The notes beneath the pieces were generated by a model that saw nothing but the letters and a program-made list of their open reading frames with translations, had not been told where the DNA came from and ran no database searches. 64,000 nt of DNA from Octopus sinensis (lineage: Eukaryota), in contig NC_043007.1 in NCBI RefSeq assembly GCF_006345805.1, positions 56,730,001 through 56,794,000 of the forward strand, written 5' to 3'. Positions 14,386-27,359 of the stretch are shown here, one piece after another. Position 1 is the stretch's first letter; each line of letters opens with the position of its first letter. Both the position numbers and the translations under genes were made by a program.

Positions 14386-16511
14386 ACTTACGTACACTTA
14401 TATATATTTATACACACACACACACATATATATATGTATATATATTTATTTATACATACATACATATATACTTATATATATATATTATATATATATATTA
14501 TATATATATATAATATATATATTATATATATATATACATGTATGTATGTATGTATGTATGTATGTATGCATGTATTGATATGCATGTACATTGTATGAAT
14601 GTATACACGGAAAATTTTGTTCACTGCTATATCGAAAATTAAATATTAGTGTGTATATGTTTGTATCTATAAAATATATTATTCCAATGAGTTTAACTGA
14701 ATTCTTCATGCTTACATTTTACAAATATCCTAATGTATACATGTGTTGGTGTTAGACACATGTGTTCATGGTATTTGCTGGCGTCGTATTTGTCATCATA
14801 TGTATTTCTGCTTGTGTATATACTTGTGTTTGTTTCAGGAAGAACCTGTGACCATGCTCTGTTGCCACGATCATATGTTTGAGTTTACAATTCTACCAAC
14901 ATTTAAAAATATATTTCTGTTCATAGGTGCCTTTGGACATTAATAATCTACTGACTGATCTTCTCCAAATACCTGAATTACGATCACATTACAACTGATT
15001 ATATATGTATGTGTGCGCGTGTTTATATGTGTGTATGTATGTATGTATGTATGTATGCATGTATGTATGTATGTATGTATGTATGTATGCATGCATGCAC
15101 GTGCGCATGTATGTATGAATTTAGGTCGCGGGCGGATTGAATTTTTAAGCTCCATCTTCTTAACATTTCACGGATGAATTGACTAGAAGAAAGACAAAGT
15201 TCCAGCGGATAACAAAAACGAAAAACGGGCAACCAATAATATGTGCAAGGGATGCATTTATATGAGATCATAATATATTTACAAGATATACATAGATCTT
15301 CACCGTTCAATGGCAGTTGATGTTGCATATCTTATATAGCAGTGTTACTCAAATCATTTAAACAAACCTCCATGCGAGAAGCACAGAATAATCTCTACAG
15401 AACGATGATTGAATGTTCTATTTGCCCTTCATTCTTCCAGTGTTGGACGATAAATAGAATTCCAGTGAGAACTGAGGTCGAGCTAATCGACTGCATCCTT
15501 CAACTAGGATTGTACCTATGTGTGAAATCAATGTATTTCAATGAACAGTTAAAACATCGATTACTCATTCTTACCAAATTGCTAAGCCTGTCTCATTTAA
15601 TGTTCAACTTGCATTCTGCTGGTTGAAACCTTCAGTAAAAATGTGGGATGTTGTGAGCAATCAAAACGTTGTATTTCTGAGAAAGAAGTATTAAGTGAAG
15701 TGTTTATTGCAAATTTTGTGCACTGAGATAAAATATGGATGCCGAGAAGACAAAAAAATCGGTGAATTGTTTGGGCTTATTAGAAAGTACAGTAACCATG
15801 TTATTTGCAGTCGAACAAAGTGGATGCAGCACGTCGGTGAGATAGGGATTATAGCCTATGAGTCAGTTTGATTAGAGAATCGTTTGAAAGATCGTTTTTT
15901 GTACTTTTCCTTTATCATACATGGTTTAGCTTCTCTGTACTGAATATATAATTCCTCGATGTGTGCAACATTTACGTATTGAAGAGTTCCATGTTTGATT
16001 ATTGGGTTGTGAGATAAAAAAAATAGAAAAACAAAAATGTACAGATATGGACAGATAGACATGCAAACTATAAATACATATCCAAAATTTAAACTAAATT
16101 CTACAACTACATAAAGCGTCCTTTACTTATTACGTTTCTTATTTGTTAACTAAACCGTGACATATCGTTTGGTTTTGTAACAGATAAATTCTCAGTTTAT
16201 GCTGGAAATGATCTGCTAATCCTTTACCACTCATCGATGAACTTAGATTTCTTCGAATAAACATTACAATATGAGTTAGTGTGATGGCTAAGCGAGAGTT
16301 CAAATGGGCGAGACGTTAGGATACATGGTGCCCAGTCAATGAGTTGACGACACACATTTTGTCATTACGCTAGTTTGTACTAGCTTTCAACATCTGATTT
16401 CAACTTTCTTAAGGTAGGTGCAATATATTTTTCTCACAGATAGAACGGCGACACAGTGAAACTAGGTGATGTTCCATTTAACTTACAGAAATGACGACGA
16501 CGACGACGATA

Positions 16512-16548
<37 letters not shown>

Positions 16549-17209
16549 CGACGACGTACAGTACCACTCGAAAGAAAAACTATTGACAATAAAACACTGT
16601 CAAATGTAAGACGCTGTTTTATCGCAAATAACATTTCTTTCGAGATTTGACACTCAACAGCATAGCACCTTGAAAACTAAAGATATAATCCCTAATCACA
16701 CAGATCTTTGTTATTTAGTTAGCAGGGTTGTTGTCAGTGGAAGCATCATCGTCTAGTAGTAAGGTTTTACTCATGTCTATGTATAGACAAAATATCTTAA
16801 AGATTTTCAAGAAATAATTCATCGGTGTGATGCCTTGACTCTTAAGGAAAACCCTATGAATTATATTGTTCCCTTACTTGGAGCCTGGACTGAGCTATGT
16901 ATAATAAGCTATGTATAATGGTTATGCTGGGAATGTAGCTTTTATGCATTTCCGATTACACCAAAATATACTATTTTCTCTGTTGCTATTATATCCAAGC
17001 TGTTTCCTACTTACACAGAGTGTCTCTCATTTATCAGTTCTGGTGGTCGGCGTATGAGTTGGCAGTAGTCGAGCGTCGCAGGATCTGTACATTGTTTGTG
17101 GTACCATATTTACGGCTAAACTAAAGTGTAACATGGTAAAATAAAATAATCACTTTTGTAGCTGCAGTCATTCCAGGGGCAAATTAATGGTTTTCAAAGT
17201 ATAGCACAA

Positions 17210-17407
17210 CACCAGCAATTTTAATGGCCGGAATAAGTTGATTATACATCGACCCCAGGATTCAAATAGCTCTTATTTCATCGACCCCGAAAACATGAAA
17301 AACAAAGTCGACCCTCGGCAGAATTCGAACCTAGAACATCAATAACAGGAAGAAATACTACTAAGCATGTTGTTCAACTTACTAACGATTCTTCCAACCC
17401 ACCACCT
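17210..17407 (-). mobile_element. SINE family B copy (diverged)
   Basis: ATCGACCCC..AAAGTCGAC..CTCGGCAGAATTCGAAC is the reverse complement of the family B core. Confidence 0.7.
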
Positions 17408-19299
17408 TTTTCAAATAGCAAAATAATATCTCACAACGCTACCTAGAAATTTATTGCTACGATACACTCCGAATATTATTAATCTTTGGTCCCTCGTAGT
17501 AAACAACAGTATTGGTTAACGAAGAACTGCAGTACACTGTCCTTTGTTCATGTTATGTACGTGAATGTTTGTCTTATTTGCGTTAGCCGCAGTCCACTTA
17601 ACTGTAAGCGGACCTCATAGACATTTGTTTCATAATTTACTGTAGTCCTAAATAAATATATTTGCACCCAATGTTGATATCTTGTGTGGAATACTGAGGC
17701 AGAACAAATATATTACATGTGTGACTGTAGACAAGTTCTTTGAAATATAAGAGAACAAGAGAACTTACACCTGATACCCACTTTAGATTCTGTCACAAAG
17801 AGATTTCATTTAATCAATTTTACATTTTGTTTATAGTCTTACAGCGACTCTTATCAAGCAAACCAATGATCAAAATAGCATTCGAGCCGTACACATTTTG
17901 GCATTTCAGTTAATCCTTTTTCTCAGAGGGCTGGTCGTGATTTGCGACATTTAACTGCTATTTACTTCGAATATGCAGAAAGTCCCAGGCTGACTTTCCA
18001 TTTAAGAGACATTCCCCTGCTATTTCTAACAGGTCGTGCGACCACGAAGAGATCCACACTTGTTATTGTCCATTGACCCAGTTCAACTCTGATTAAAGGT
18101 TTCTTTGTTCCATTCTTTTTTGTCTGTTTGTTTGTAGGTGTCACAACCAATCTCTTCTTTTTCAGACATAGGACATTTTGGACAAAGTTATCTAATGTGT
18201 CCTTTCTAATTTAAGATGGTAACATATAATTTGATTGATATTTGACTGATATTTCTAGAAGGCTAGATCACAAATTTTGTTAAATGTGTAGCTCTTATTT
18301 TTATAGAGTAAATGTTGATTTGTATCACAAATACATCAACAAGAGTGTGGCAGATAAATATGTTTATTTTGCTGCAAAATTGAGGCTTCTTGTTGTTCGT
18401 AATAGAAACATGTTAGTAGTTGACATCGTTAATTTCACAAGCAGGTTGTTCCGTTGATCGGTTCAACTGGAACCCTCGTCGTCGTAGCCAATATTTCTAT
18501 TTTACAACAACCTACACTGAAGATAAAAAGTACTATGACAATATTCTTGTATAAAATCTGGAAGGAAAATAGCATAGCCCGGGCTTATGTTAAATTCATT
18601 TAGATTAGCTGACTTAAGATACATTAAGCTAAAATAAGTATCGGTAGTGAGACGAGCTGTTAAAAGAAAAGAAAAACACCTAACATGAAAACAAAACAAA
18701 TAACATTGAGAGTATACATCACAAATATAGACCAAACAGGTGCCAAACATAGGAAATATCAAAGAGCAACAAAGAAATGACAAACAAAAACCTGACCAGA
18801 ACAATACAAACAAAAATTATTAATATGAATATGAAGAATAGAAAATTCTAGAGGTGGAAGTCAAGAAAATGGTAATCTAAAAGCGGGAAAAGTTAAATAA
18901 TTAACATCAGTGGAAACTCTTCCCTACGAACCAACGAAAGTATCTCTCAGCGATAAAACTCAATAAAATGGCAACAACGACAAAAACACAAACTTAGCCA
19001 GGACAAACTTTATGAAAATGAGTACGAGTGTGAATAGCACAAGGTTAAGCAAAATACAATGCGGCAGCCACTGCAAACTGCGATGGAAAGAGAATTAGAA
19101 AGTCAGAGAAAATAGAAAACTATAAAAATAGAAAGTAGGAAACCATAAAAATAGTAAACAAAAATAGGAAGTGTCAGGAAATAAGAAAAATATCTTTGAA
19201 TCTTTAATGAAATAAATAACGAAACAATACAAATAAAAGAGATGAGACTAATACAACAGAAATATATCATAACAAAAAATGGAAAGATTCGTAATCAAA

Positions 19300-20760
19300 G
19301 AACTCCTGAACAAATGATTCTCACTAAATGGCAAAAACACCGTCGAAGAAATGTTTTAGCAAACAAAAACTATTTAACTTCAATCCGCACCTACTTTGCG
19401 GAAATAGTTCTCCCAAAGACAAAGCCTTCACCTCTGCTGCCCTTTTGCATCCAATTCGACTTTATTCACCCTTGGCCAATTTACACCTCTTCTTTTCCAC
19501 CAATCACCCCACCTATTATACACATACTCCAAATGCAGAAAAATATCTGGCTGCTTCAAACCACCAAGATCACCAGCTCTAATAACATCTCTTCCATCAC
19601 ACGCAAACGCCTCAGAATTTGCTCAAATGCTCATCGAACTCTTTAATCTCTCACTCTTCACGAAGATATTCTCTGACATTTAAAAGCATTCCTCAGTGTG
19701 CCCCATTCCAAAGAAAGGTATTCATTTTAACACCAGCCAAGTATCGTTAATATCCCTCCCAAATGATTTATCTCTTTAGAAAAGTTTTGTGATGCTATTC
19801 TAGACATTAGCAAAGATTTTGACCGTATTAGAATGCACATTTCCAGTCAAAACTTCTTGTTTGTGAGCTCCTCCATTCACTTATCACTTGTATTGATATC
19901 CTTCTGTCAAATCATACCTCCATTGCAGTATGGTTTCACGAAGATCTTTCTAGAGCACTATCAGTCAATTCTGATGTCCTCCGGTGTTTGGTTTTTTTTC
20001 TACCGCCCTCTCTTTTTTATATACTTTAATAACTTGCCACCATTCTGACATTGCCCAACCATACATCACTCACACGCTAGTAAGACACCACACACCAATC
20101 TTAAATTGATTTCATAAATAGAGACCTTGAGAACATCTACCAATGTAGCCATACTAACCTTGTCGCTTTTATCAGCGACAGAAAAACAAGAGAAAATCCA
20201 CAAACACTATTCTAAACATGAACATCAAGCCAGAGCTCTCATGATCCCTTCAAATGTTAGGTGCTGCAATCGCCGAAGATCTCTTCCAGAGAAAGTACAC
20301 CTTAACATAGCTATGGCACATCACAAAGATTTGCCCTTCTCTTTAGGCCAGAAAATATTTCAGTCCCTAACAATTGTGGATAATCTACAAGGTTTAAATA
20401 AAACCCACTTTGGAGTGTTACTCCAGCATCTGGCATAGTACTGCTGATATTCACACTAACATCCTTATCCAAAAGGGAACCACTTGACTGACTCTTATAA
20501 AGTCATTCACAGACACGCTTCAGCCTCTTTTCTACAAGCATGCTGTCTCTTCTGACATTTCTGCTGGATGGTCTCATATCATTCAGGCACCCTAACTCAC
20601 TTGTCTGTCTCAACTACCGTCACCCTGCTGCACATCGCGTTAATCATTGTTTTCAGTCCTTTCTTCTCAGAACTTTGTCTCTCCGGAATCTTTTCACGAT
20701 CATATCTTTCCTACAGTTGTTAATCTGAAACAGTCTCAACATCAGGTTCACTCGTCTCGG
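19300..20760 (+). mobile_element. Highly decayed CR1/L2-group LINE reverse transcriptase
   Basis: Ordered remnant motifs VCPIPKKG (~19695), LDISKDFDRI (~19800) and LFFIYFNNL (~20010), with many stops and frameshifts. Confidence 0.6.
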
Positions 20761-20872
20761 AGGTCCTACAATGGTTAAGAGGTTCTTTCCTCCAGACTTA
20801 GCAATTTAAAAAGCAGAAAATAGCTTCAGCGTAATTTTCTATGGGAATGTTTCAACGAAAAGAAACTATTTT

Positions 20873-21137
20873 AACAATGGCAGCGTGGAAGATGTTTATA
20901 CACCATTTAAGAACACACAAACACAAAAACCTTTAGATTCCCTTCAACATTTAAATTTAATTTGTGTTAAAATATTTTCGTCGTTTGTGAGCGACGAAAC
21001 CTCTGACGAAACTTCGTGCTGCACGAAGTTTTGATGCAGTACGAAGTTTTATCCGTGAACAGGTCGCGGTTTCAAAGCGACGAAAATATTTTGACACAAA
21101 TTAAATTTAAATCTTGAAATGAATCTAAAGGTTTTTT

Positions 21138-21191
<54 letters not shown>

Positions 21192-21201
21192 GTGTGTGTG
21201 T

Positions 21202-21237
<36 letters not shown>

Positions 21238-21277
21238 TCTTAAATGGTGTATAAATATCTTCAACGCTGCAATTGTT
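20873..21277. mobile_element. Foldback/MITE-like element with ~120-bp imperfect arms and a central palindrome
   Basis: Left arm ...CAGCGTGGAAGATGTTTATACACCATTTAAGAA...TTTAAATTTAATTTGTGTTAAAATATTTTCGTCG mirrors the right arm, which has a (GT)n expansion. Central AAACTTCGTGC-T-GCACGAAGTTT at 21009-21031. Confidence 0.75.
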
Positions 21278-23772
21278 TTTGTTCCAGCACACTATCTCAG
21301 ATAAAATGACTTGCTATGCAAGTACATCTCCGTAAAAAAAACCTATTTTAAATTAGTTGAGAAATGACGCATCAGTATCAAAAATCGATTACGGAATTTC
21401 CCAATACGAACCAAGAACTGAGAATTGAAGAAAATAAATATGGAACGAATCGACTTGTTTAATAAAGTAAATAATAAGATTTCGTTCATCAAGATTGAAG
21501 CGTTAAAATGATCGAAGACAAATGGTAAGTTAAGGAATTTAACTTTAATCTATTACAGTTAAAGAAGCGAAATTTTTAAATTGTCTTCCACACACCTCGT
21601 AGACTACGAGCATATTTCACCGTTCACTAAAGTCACTATTAACAAACAAGAAAATAAGATGACTCTATATCAGTGTGCTTCGTCGCAATGTGATAATGGG
21701 CATGTGAGGTTTGAAAAGGTGAGGGGAGCGGACAAAATTCCACGTTTAAGATGGTTTCGAACCCATTTAAAACTTGTCCAACACCATGGTGAATATAGAA
21801 GAATTATATGAACGTAGATATTAGCACGCATCAGTAAATAATTTGTTTGCTAATTTATTAACAGGAGCCACAGAATCTTGTGAGATTCCTTAATCCGAGG
21901 AGGCTTTGGCTGAGAAAACACAGTAATGTCGAAACATGGGTATCCCAAAGTCCACCTTCCGCTATTGAATCGGGTGAGTTATGAACACGCATTCGTCTGA
22001 AAAGAGAGCTTTTCTCCAAGGACGAAATACAACAATGATTAGCATCTTCACTTTCGAATATACCGGGACGTATTAAGAATGGTTATATATGTCATAGAAA
22101 CTGTCTTCTGTTTCTCATTAACACAGTGGAAAAGGAAGGGAGAAAACATCCCTAATATTTTGGGGGAATATAGCTTGTATTTGTTTGTCTTAGAACAACT
22201 GCGCTATAGCTCAACTATTATATATGATACATTAGAGAAGAAGTGGTTCAGAGACGCATTTTGCGTGATAAAACAATACTTCATTTAACAGATTTAAGGT
22301 TGAGAGTATTAATAAAACCAGCGAGAAATAAGTAATCGGCGAGGCAAAATTATATCAGCAAATAACTAACATTTTTCCAAACTGTTCGACATAAGCAAGG
22401 AACTATTCCAGGATTGTAGTTTTGCCTAAAGTTAAAGACATTTAAAGTGAGATAGATTTTCCTGAATAACCTTTTATTCGGTTATTCTAACTGTATGGTT
22501 AATTTAAACATTAAAAATTAGACACTGGTTTAGAAAACACAAATTTAATGATATGATCGCTGTCAGATATCACTCAGAAGATTAACAATGTCTGTCGAAT
22601 TAGTTGGCCCTTTATTTTGATATACTAAGCTAGTTTGTAGCCTTATGGACCGTTGATGATACTATCAATCTGAAGTGCAAATATGTTGTTCACTGCGTTC
22701 AAGATTATGATCTTAGTCCCTAAAAGAATATGCTCTCTTTGACGAATAAATGTTAGACAATATAAACACTAACTTGAAACAGAAAAGAGCATCATACCAA
22801 ATATGGGACTCGAAAACGATAGCTTTCTCTGTAATCATCTTACAGATTACACTGAGGGATCATTTGCCGTCTTTTCAAAATTATGTAATATTGAATTTTT
22901 TTAATATTTGAACTATACTGTTATCTCTACAAGATAATTCATCAGCCACTTAGCGATAGTAGGATATGTCCAGCATAACAAGGTATTCTGTCATAGTTTG
23001 CTGACAACTACGAAGAATAAACCAACGAATCAACCAAAAGATGCTGAAGCCAACTCTACAAACACTCTTTGATCTAATACATTTTTTATTACAGCTTCTC
23101 TGTTATTTGGGCTATCATGGGGGAAATAAATAAAATATATACCATCTCCGATAACATATAGGTCTACTGCATTCTATTACCTAGACCTAGACCCGTTACA
23201 CTACTGAAGCGACCAGTTTTGTAATCTCTTTTTGAATCTTATTTGAAGCCATTCCACTTTACTTATGTGGCTACTATTCTTGCCGCAGATATGAATTGCA
23301 ACGATACAATTAATTTGAGGCATTGCTCTTCAGTATAAATTAAAAAGAAAACATGTGAATTATGAAGTGTTTGTATAAATCATGTCTTTGCTATGATAAA
23401 GTGGTAGAGCAAAGTTGTTATAGCAAACTACTGTGTAACAGAGAGGGAAAGAGAGGAGAGAGAGAAAGACAAGAGAGAAAAAGAGAGCTAGAGAGAAAGG
23501 GAGTGTGTACGTGTGTGTGTGTGCGTGTGTGTATGTGTTTGTGTATTGTTTATGATATGAGTAACTTCTTTTGTGCATAAGTTGTACACAAAATCAGTGT
23601 ACTTGTGTATATCTGTATTTGTATGGGTGCAAGTAGCTGTGGGCGTGTGTATGTGTGTGTATATTGTGTTTATCACTATCTATGCCTTAATAATGGGGGA
23701 CTTAATTTCGCATAAGTGCTTACGTTTAATTCTGTATTTGTTCGATTAGCGACAGAGAGAATATGAGTTAAA

Positions 23773-23847
23773 TTGTTGTTGTTGTTGTTGTTGTTGTTGG
23801 CGACGGCGGCGGCGGCGGCGGCGGCAACAGCAGCGGCGGCAACAGCA

Positions 23848-23886
<39 letters not shown>

Positions 23887-23913
23887 GTGGTGGTGGTGGT
23901 GATGGTAGTAGTG
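23773..23913. repeat. Compound (GTT)n-(GGC)n-(AGC)-(GGT)n trinucleotide repeat
   Basis: Direct inspection. The only long GC-rich microsatellite in the window. Confidence 0.95.
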
Positions 23914-24921
23914 TTGGCAGCTTTGTGTTTCGTTATTGTTATTTTGTGATTAAGTTGGTATGAATGCGAATGTTTTTTTCAACCTTGCATATTTCTTAAT
24001 TCAGTTCTAGTATTAATATATCGATTAGAAGTTCAATAAGGAACGTAACCTGGCTGTAGATAGTGCTGAGGTGCATTTGGCAACATTTTTATTGACAGTT
24101 TAGAGTACATTTTCATGGCTTTGTGTGTGCACATGTGCATGTGTGCGTCTGTATGAGTGTGCGATGGGGTGTACGCAGGTCTATAAATATGTCTTAAATT
24201 ACACGTGAAGAATGTTTATGACAAGCAAAACAGCAGACTTATTATTGATTTCATAGAGGCACCAACCTCCTCAGGCAGCAGATTTATAGACAAATGTAAG
24301 TAGTTTGAGATACAGTTTTTATGTCTCTCCCAAGGACACTAATTATATCAATGTTGCTAACTGGTTTCAATTTAGGATCGAAACCGGTTCACGGAATTAG
24401 TTCATTGAAGCTTTCTTCATACTCCAGAGAAGTTGTTATCTTAAATAAGCCAAGAAACATTGTTTCTTATTCTGTGACAAGAAGAGTTTTAGAAGGGAAG
24501 TAATATGGGAATTTATGGCGTTCATGCATTCTTAATCATTTTTATATTATGGCAGAAATTATGATAAAGTATTGCACTTCTTTTTTTTTAATAAACGCTC
24601 TACAACGTTAGAAATTATAGATTACCGGATAAAACGCTTTAGTTTCGCCTGCCAGAGTTCTCGTGGCTTTCATTACTTTCCTCACAATATTGTTCAAAGA
24701 ATATCTCTCGAGCGATCCTTTTGACTCAATTTGTTTTCCCTTTACAAACTTTGGGGACTTTGCCAAAATGAAAAATTCTAGTGTGAAGTATAAATGATTT
24801 CTAACATTGGCACATTGGCACTAGGGAAATATTTAAAGGCTAGCTATAGACGATTAAATTGAGCCCAATCATTGACTAGTACTTTATTTTATCAATCTCA
24901 GATGGTTGAAACGCAAAGTTG

Positions 24922-24981
<60 letters not shown>

Positions 24982-25178
24982 AGAGATGAATAAAATATGT
25001 GAAGCTATACAAAGCAATAATGGTGGATATACTGTATAATAAATTGTAAAGAATATACTAAAAGTTTTGTTGCTTCACTTTAGTGTTTCCATAATTATGT
25101 TTTGTTACATACCGACACCGAATAAGTTGAAAAGATGTTACATTACTTGCGCAAGATTTAAATTAATGTTTTGGCAAC

Positions 25179-25375
25179 CATGTTCTCTCGTGTAGTTACA
25201 CGGAACGACCTAGAAGTTTTGTTGCATCACCTGGATAAATTGTAATCTAGTTGTTTTTGGTAAGCATGTTCACTTATGTAGCTATACCGGACGACCTGGA
25301 CAATTTGTTGGACTACCTGGGTACAATTTAATTTGTTTGGGTAAATATGTTCTTCTGTAGTTTCACACTGACTGA
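25179..25375. repeat. Degenerate ~81-86 bp tandem repeat, about 2.4 copies
   Basis: Units start CATGTTC/TATGTTC at 25179, 25265 and 25346, and share GTAG.T..AC.G.ACGACCT.GA and ACCTGG.TA.A.TT. Confidence 0.6.
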
Positions 25376-26141
25376 GGAAGGATTTTTAAACACCTGTGAA
25401 AATATTGACTTGTAATATAAGTTGTATCGCAAAGCCAAAGATTTATTAAGGAATTCGACAGCATGTTGTGAAGTTCATGCCTTTCTCCAGAGAATTAGAA
25501 GTTTGATTAAACTGGAATTATTACAAAATGGAATACGAAGTCAGGATGTACATCTAACCAGGAACCGAATTTTACACAGTGATGTTAATGTGAAGATATA
25601 TTAAATATTAATTTGTAAATAGGCATATTAATGCTTATTTCTGGAAGGCAAATTTGGCTACCGAGACATCCATATCATTATAGCGCATCGGTAACGAAAG
25701 TTATATAAAATGGCTACAAGCATCAAGTGAAAGCAGGTCACGAACTCAGGTCTGCAGGAGTAAAGCTCTTACACGGTTGCTCGCCTTACACCTGTGAAAA
25801 TATTACTCAGGTACCCAAGAGCTATGATTATATATTTAATACCTTAATAGTTTTATGAAGCTACAGGGTGTCTAAAATATTTTCGTTATACTTTAGAAGT
25901 ATCGCTACAGTAATCGTAAACTAGTTTTCTCCTATAACTTGTCTAAATCGTCAGCGTACTAATTGAGCTCAGTTTGCCTAATAAATCCCAGTGGTGCAAA
26001 TTTTAAGATGAAAGTATCAGCGAAATTGTATTATGTCTCCCGTAGACAGATAGCAGACAAGAAGATAGACAGACAGACAAACTGGCACACACACACGCAT
26101 GTGCACATACACATACATACATACATACATACATACATACA

Positions 26142-26172
<31 letters not shown>

Positions 26173-27359
26173 CAGCAGATCAAACATTTGAAAAAGTTTA
26201 ATATAGTGTCTTATATAAACAAAATTGTTGAGCTTAAACTGAAAGCAAACTGAACTTACATTTTGGTTGAAGCCACTTAGCCACTAATTCCTTGAATGCC
26301 ACCCAATCTCATATCTTTTCCAGTATAACATTCCGATAATGAGCCTGATTAAAATAAAATAATAATTAATACGCTTGTGTCATAATTATTATTTTAATTT
26401 ATTATCTGCATTATTACCGGTCACGTGTCGCTGGAAATTAATGTTGCAATGATTTGCTTTATACAAAAAAACAGTAAGAAGTCAGTGAAATGGCTGGCAA
26501 GATGGGTAAAACAGCGGGTAAAAGCATGCGAGCAGTGAATAAAAGCATTGCGTTCCAATCGCACCGAAGCGACATTACACTTCTTTATCCCACGGTATCG
26601 AGAAGACATATAACCGCAAGAAATGGAGTCTAATAGTTAACTTTATTGCTCTCCTAGAATGTAGGGACCATCTTACCCTTTCCCAATATATGGGGGTATA
26701 CATTGACAGTTCCCAAAATGCGGGGCTCGCATTAAACTGCTCCAAGAATGGTTCAGAGTGTCAATATTAGAAAGCAATTGCAATAGAAGAGACATCAACA
26801 TCATCTACAACAACCACAATAATTTACGTGTACATACCACTTCGGGCATAAACATGAATAACGAAAAGCTATCTATCAGAAATGTTCTTTCAAACAAAAA
26901 CCTCTTGATACGAAACATGTTGCTGAAAGATCAAACGCTTCAAGGTATTTTGTGCAGACATTTGACAACCATAATCAATCGAGGAGGAAGGGCAGCAATA
27001 TGACGAAGGCAACATACTTTTTCCTTGAGAAGAATACAAACGGCTTTCTAATTCTGTTCAAGTAAGAGCTAGAGTAGCCCTTATAGATATATCAATCCCC
27101 AATATTTGAGAAAAAGGAACACAGAGGTCACTATGAAATGGTAATGTCGGTACCTGGTTTAGTCGCCACCTTTGTGATACAATAAAGCCAGTTTGTCAGG
27201 TCCTTAATCCAGGAGACGTGAACTTATACATGTTCCCTCTAATACAAAAGCTCCACGGAAAATTTTCGAATCTGAAGCACTAGATAATACAAGTAAGAAG
27301 TAGCACGCAGATGTAATCAGGGAAGTTGGTTTCTTTGAACAACACAAGAGGAGGTTCTA

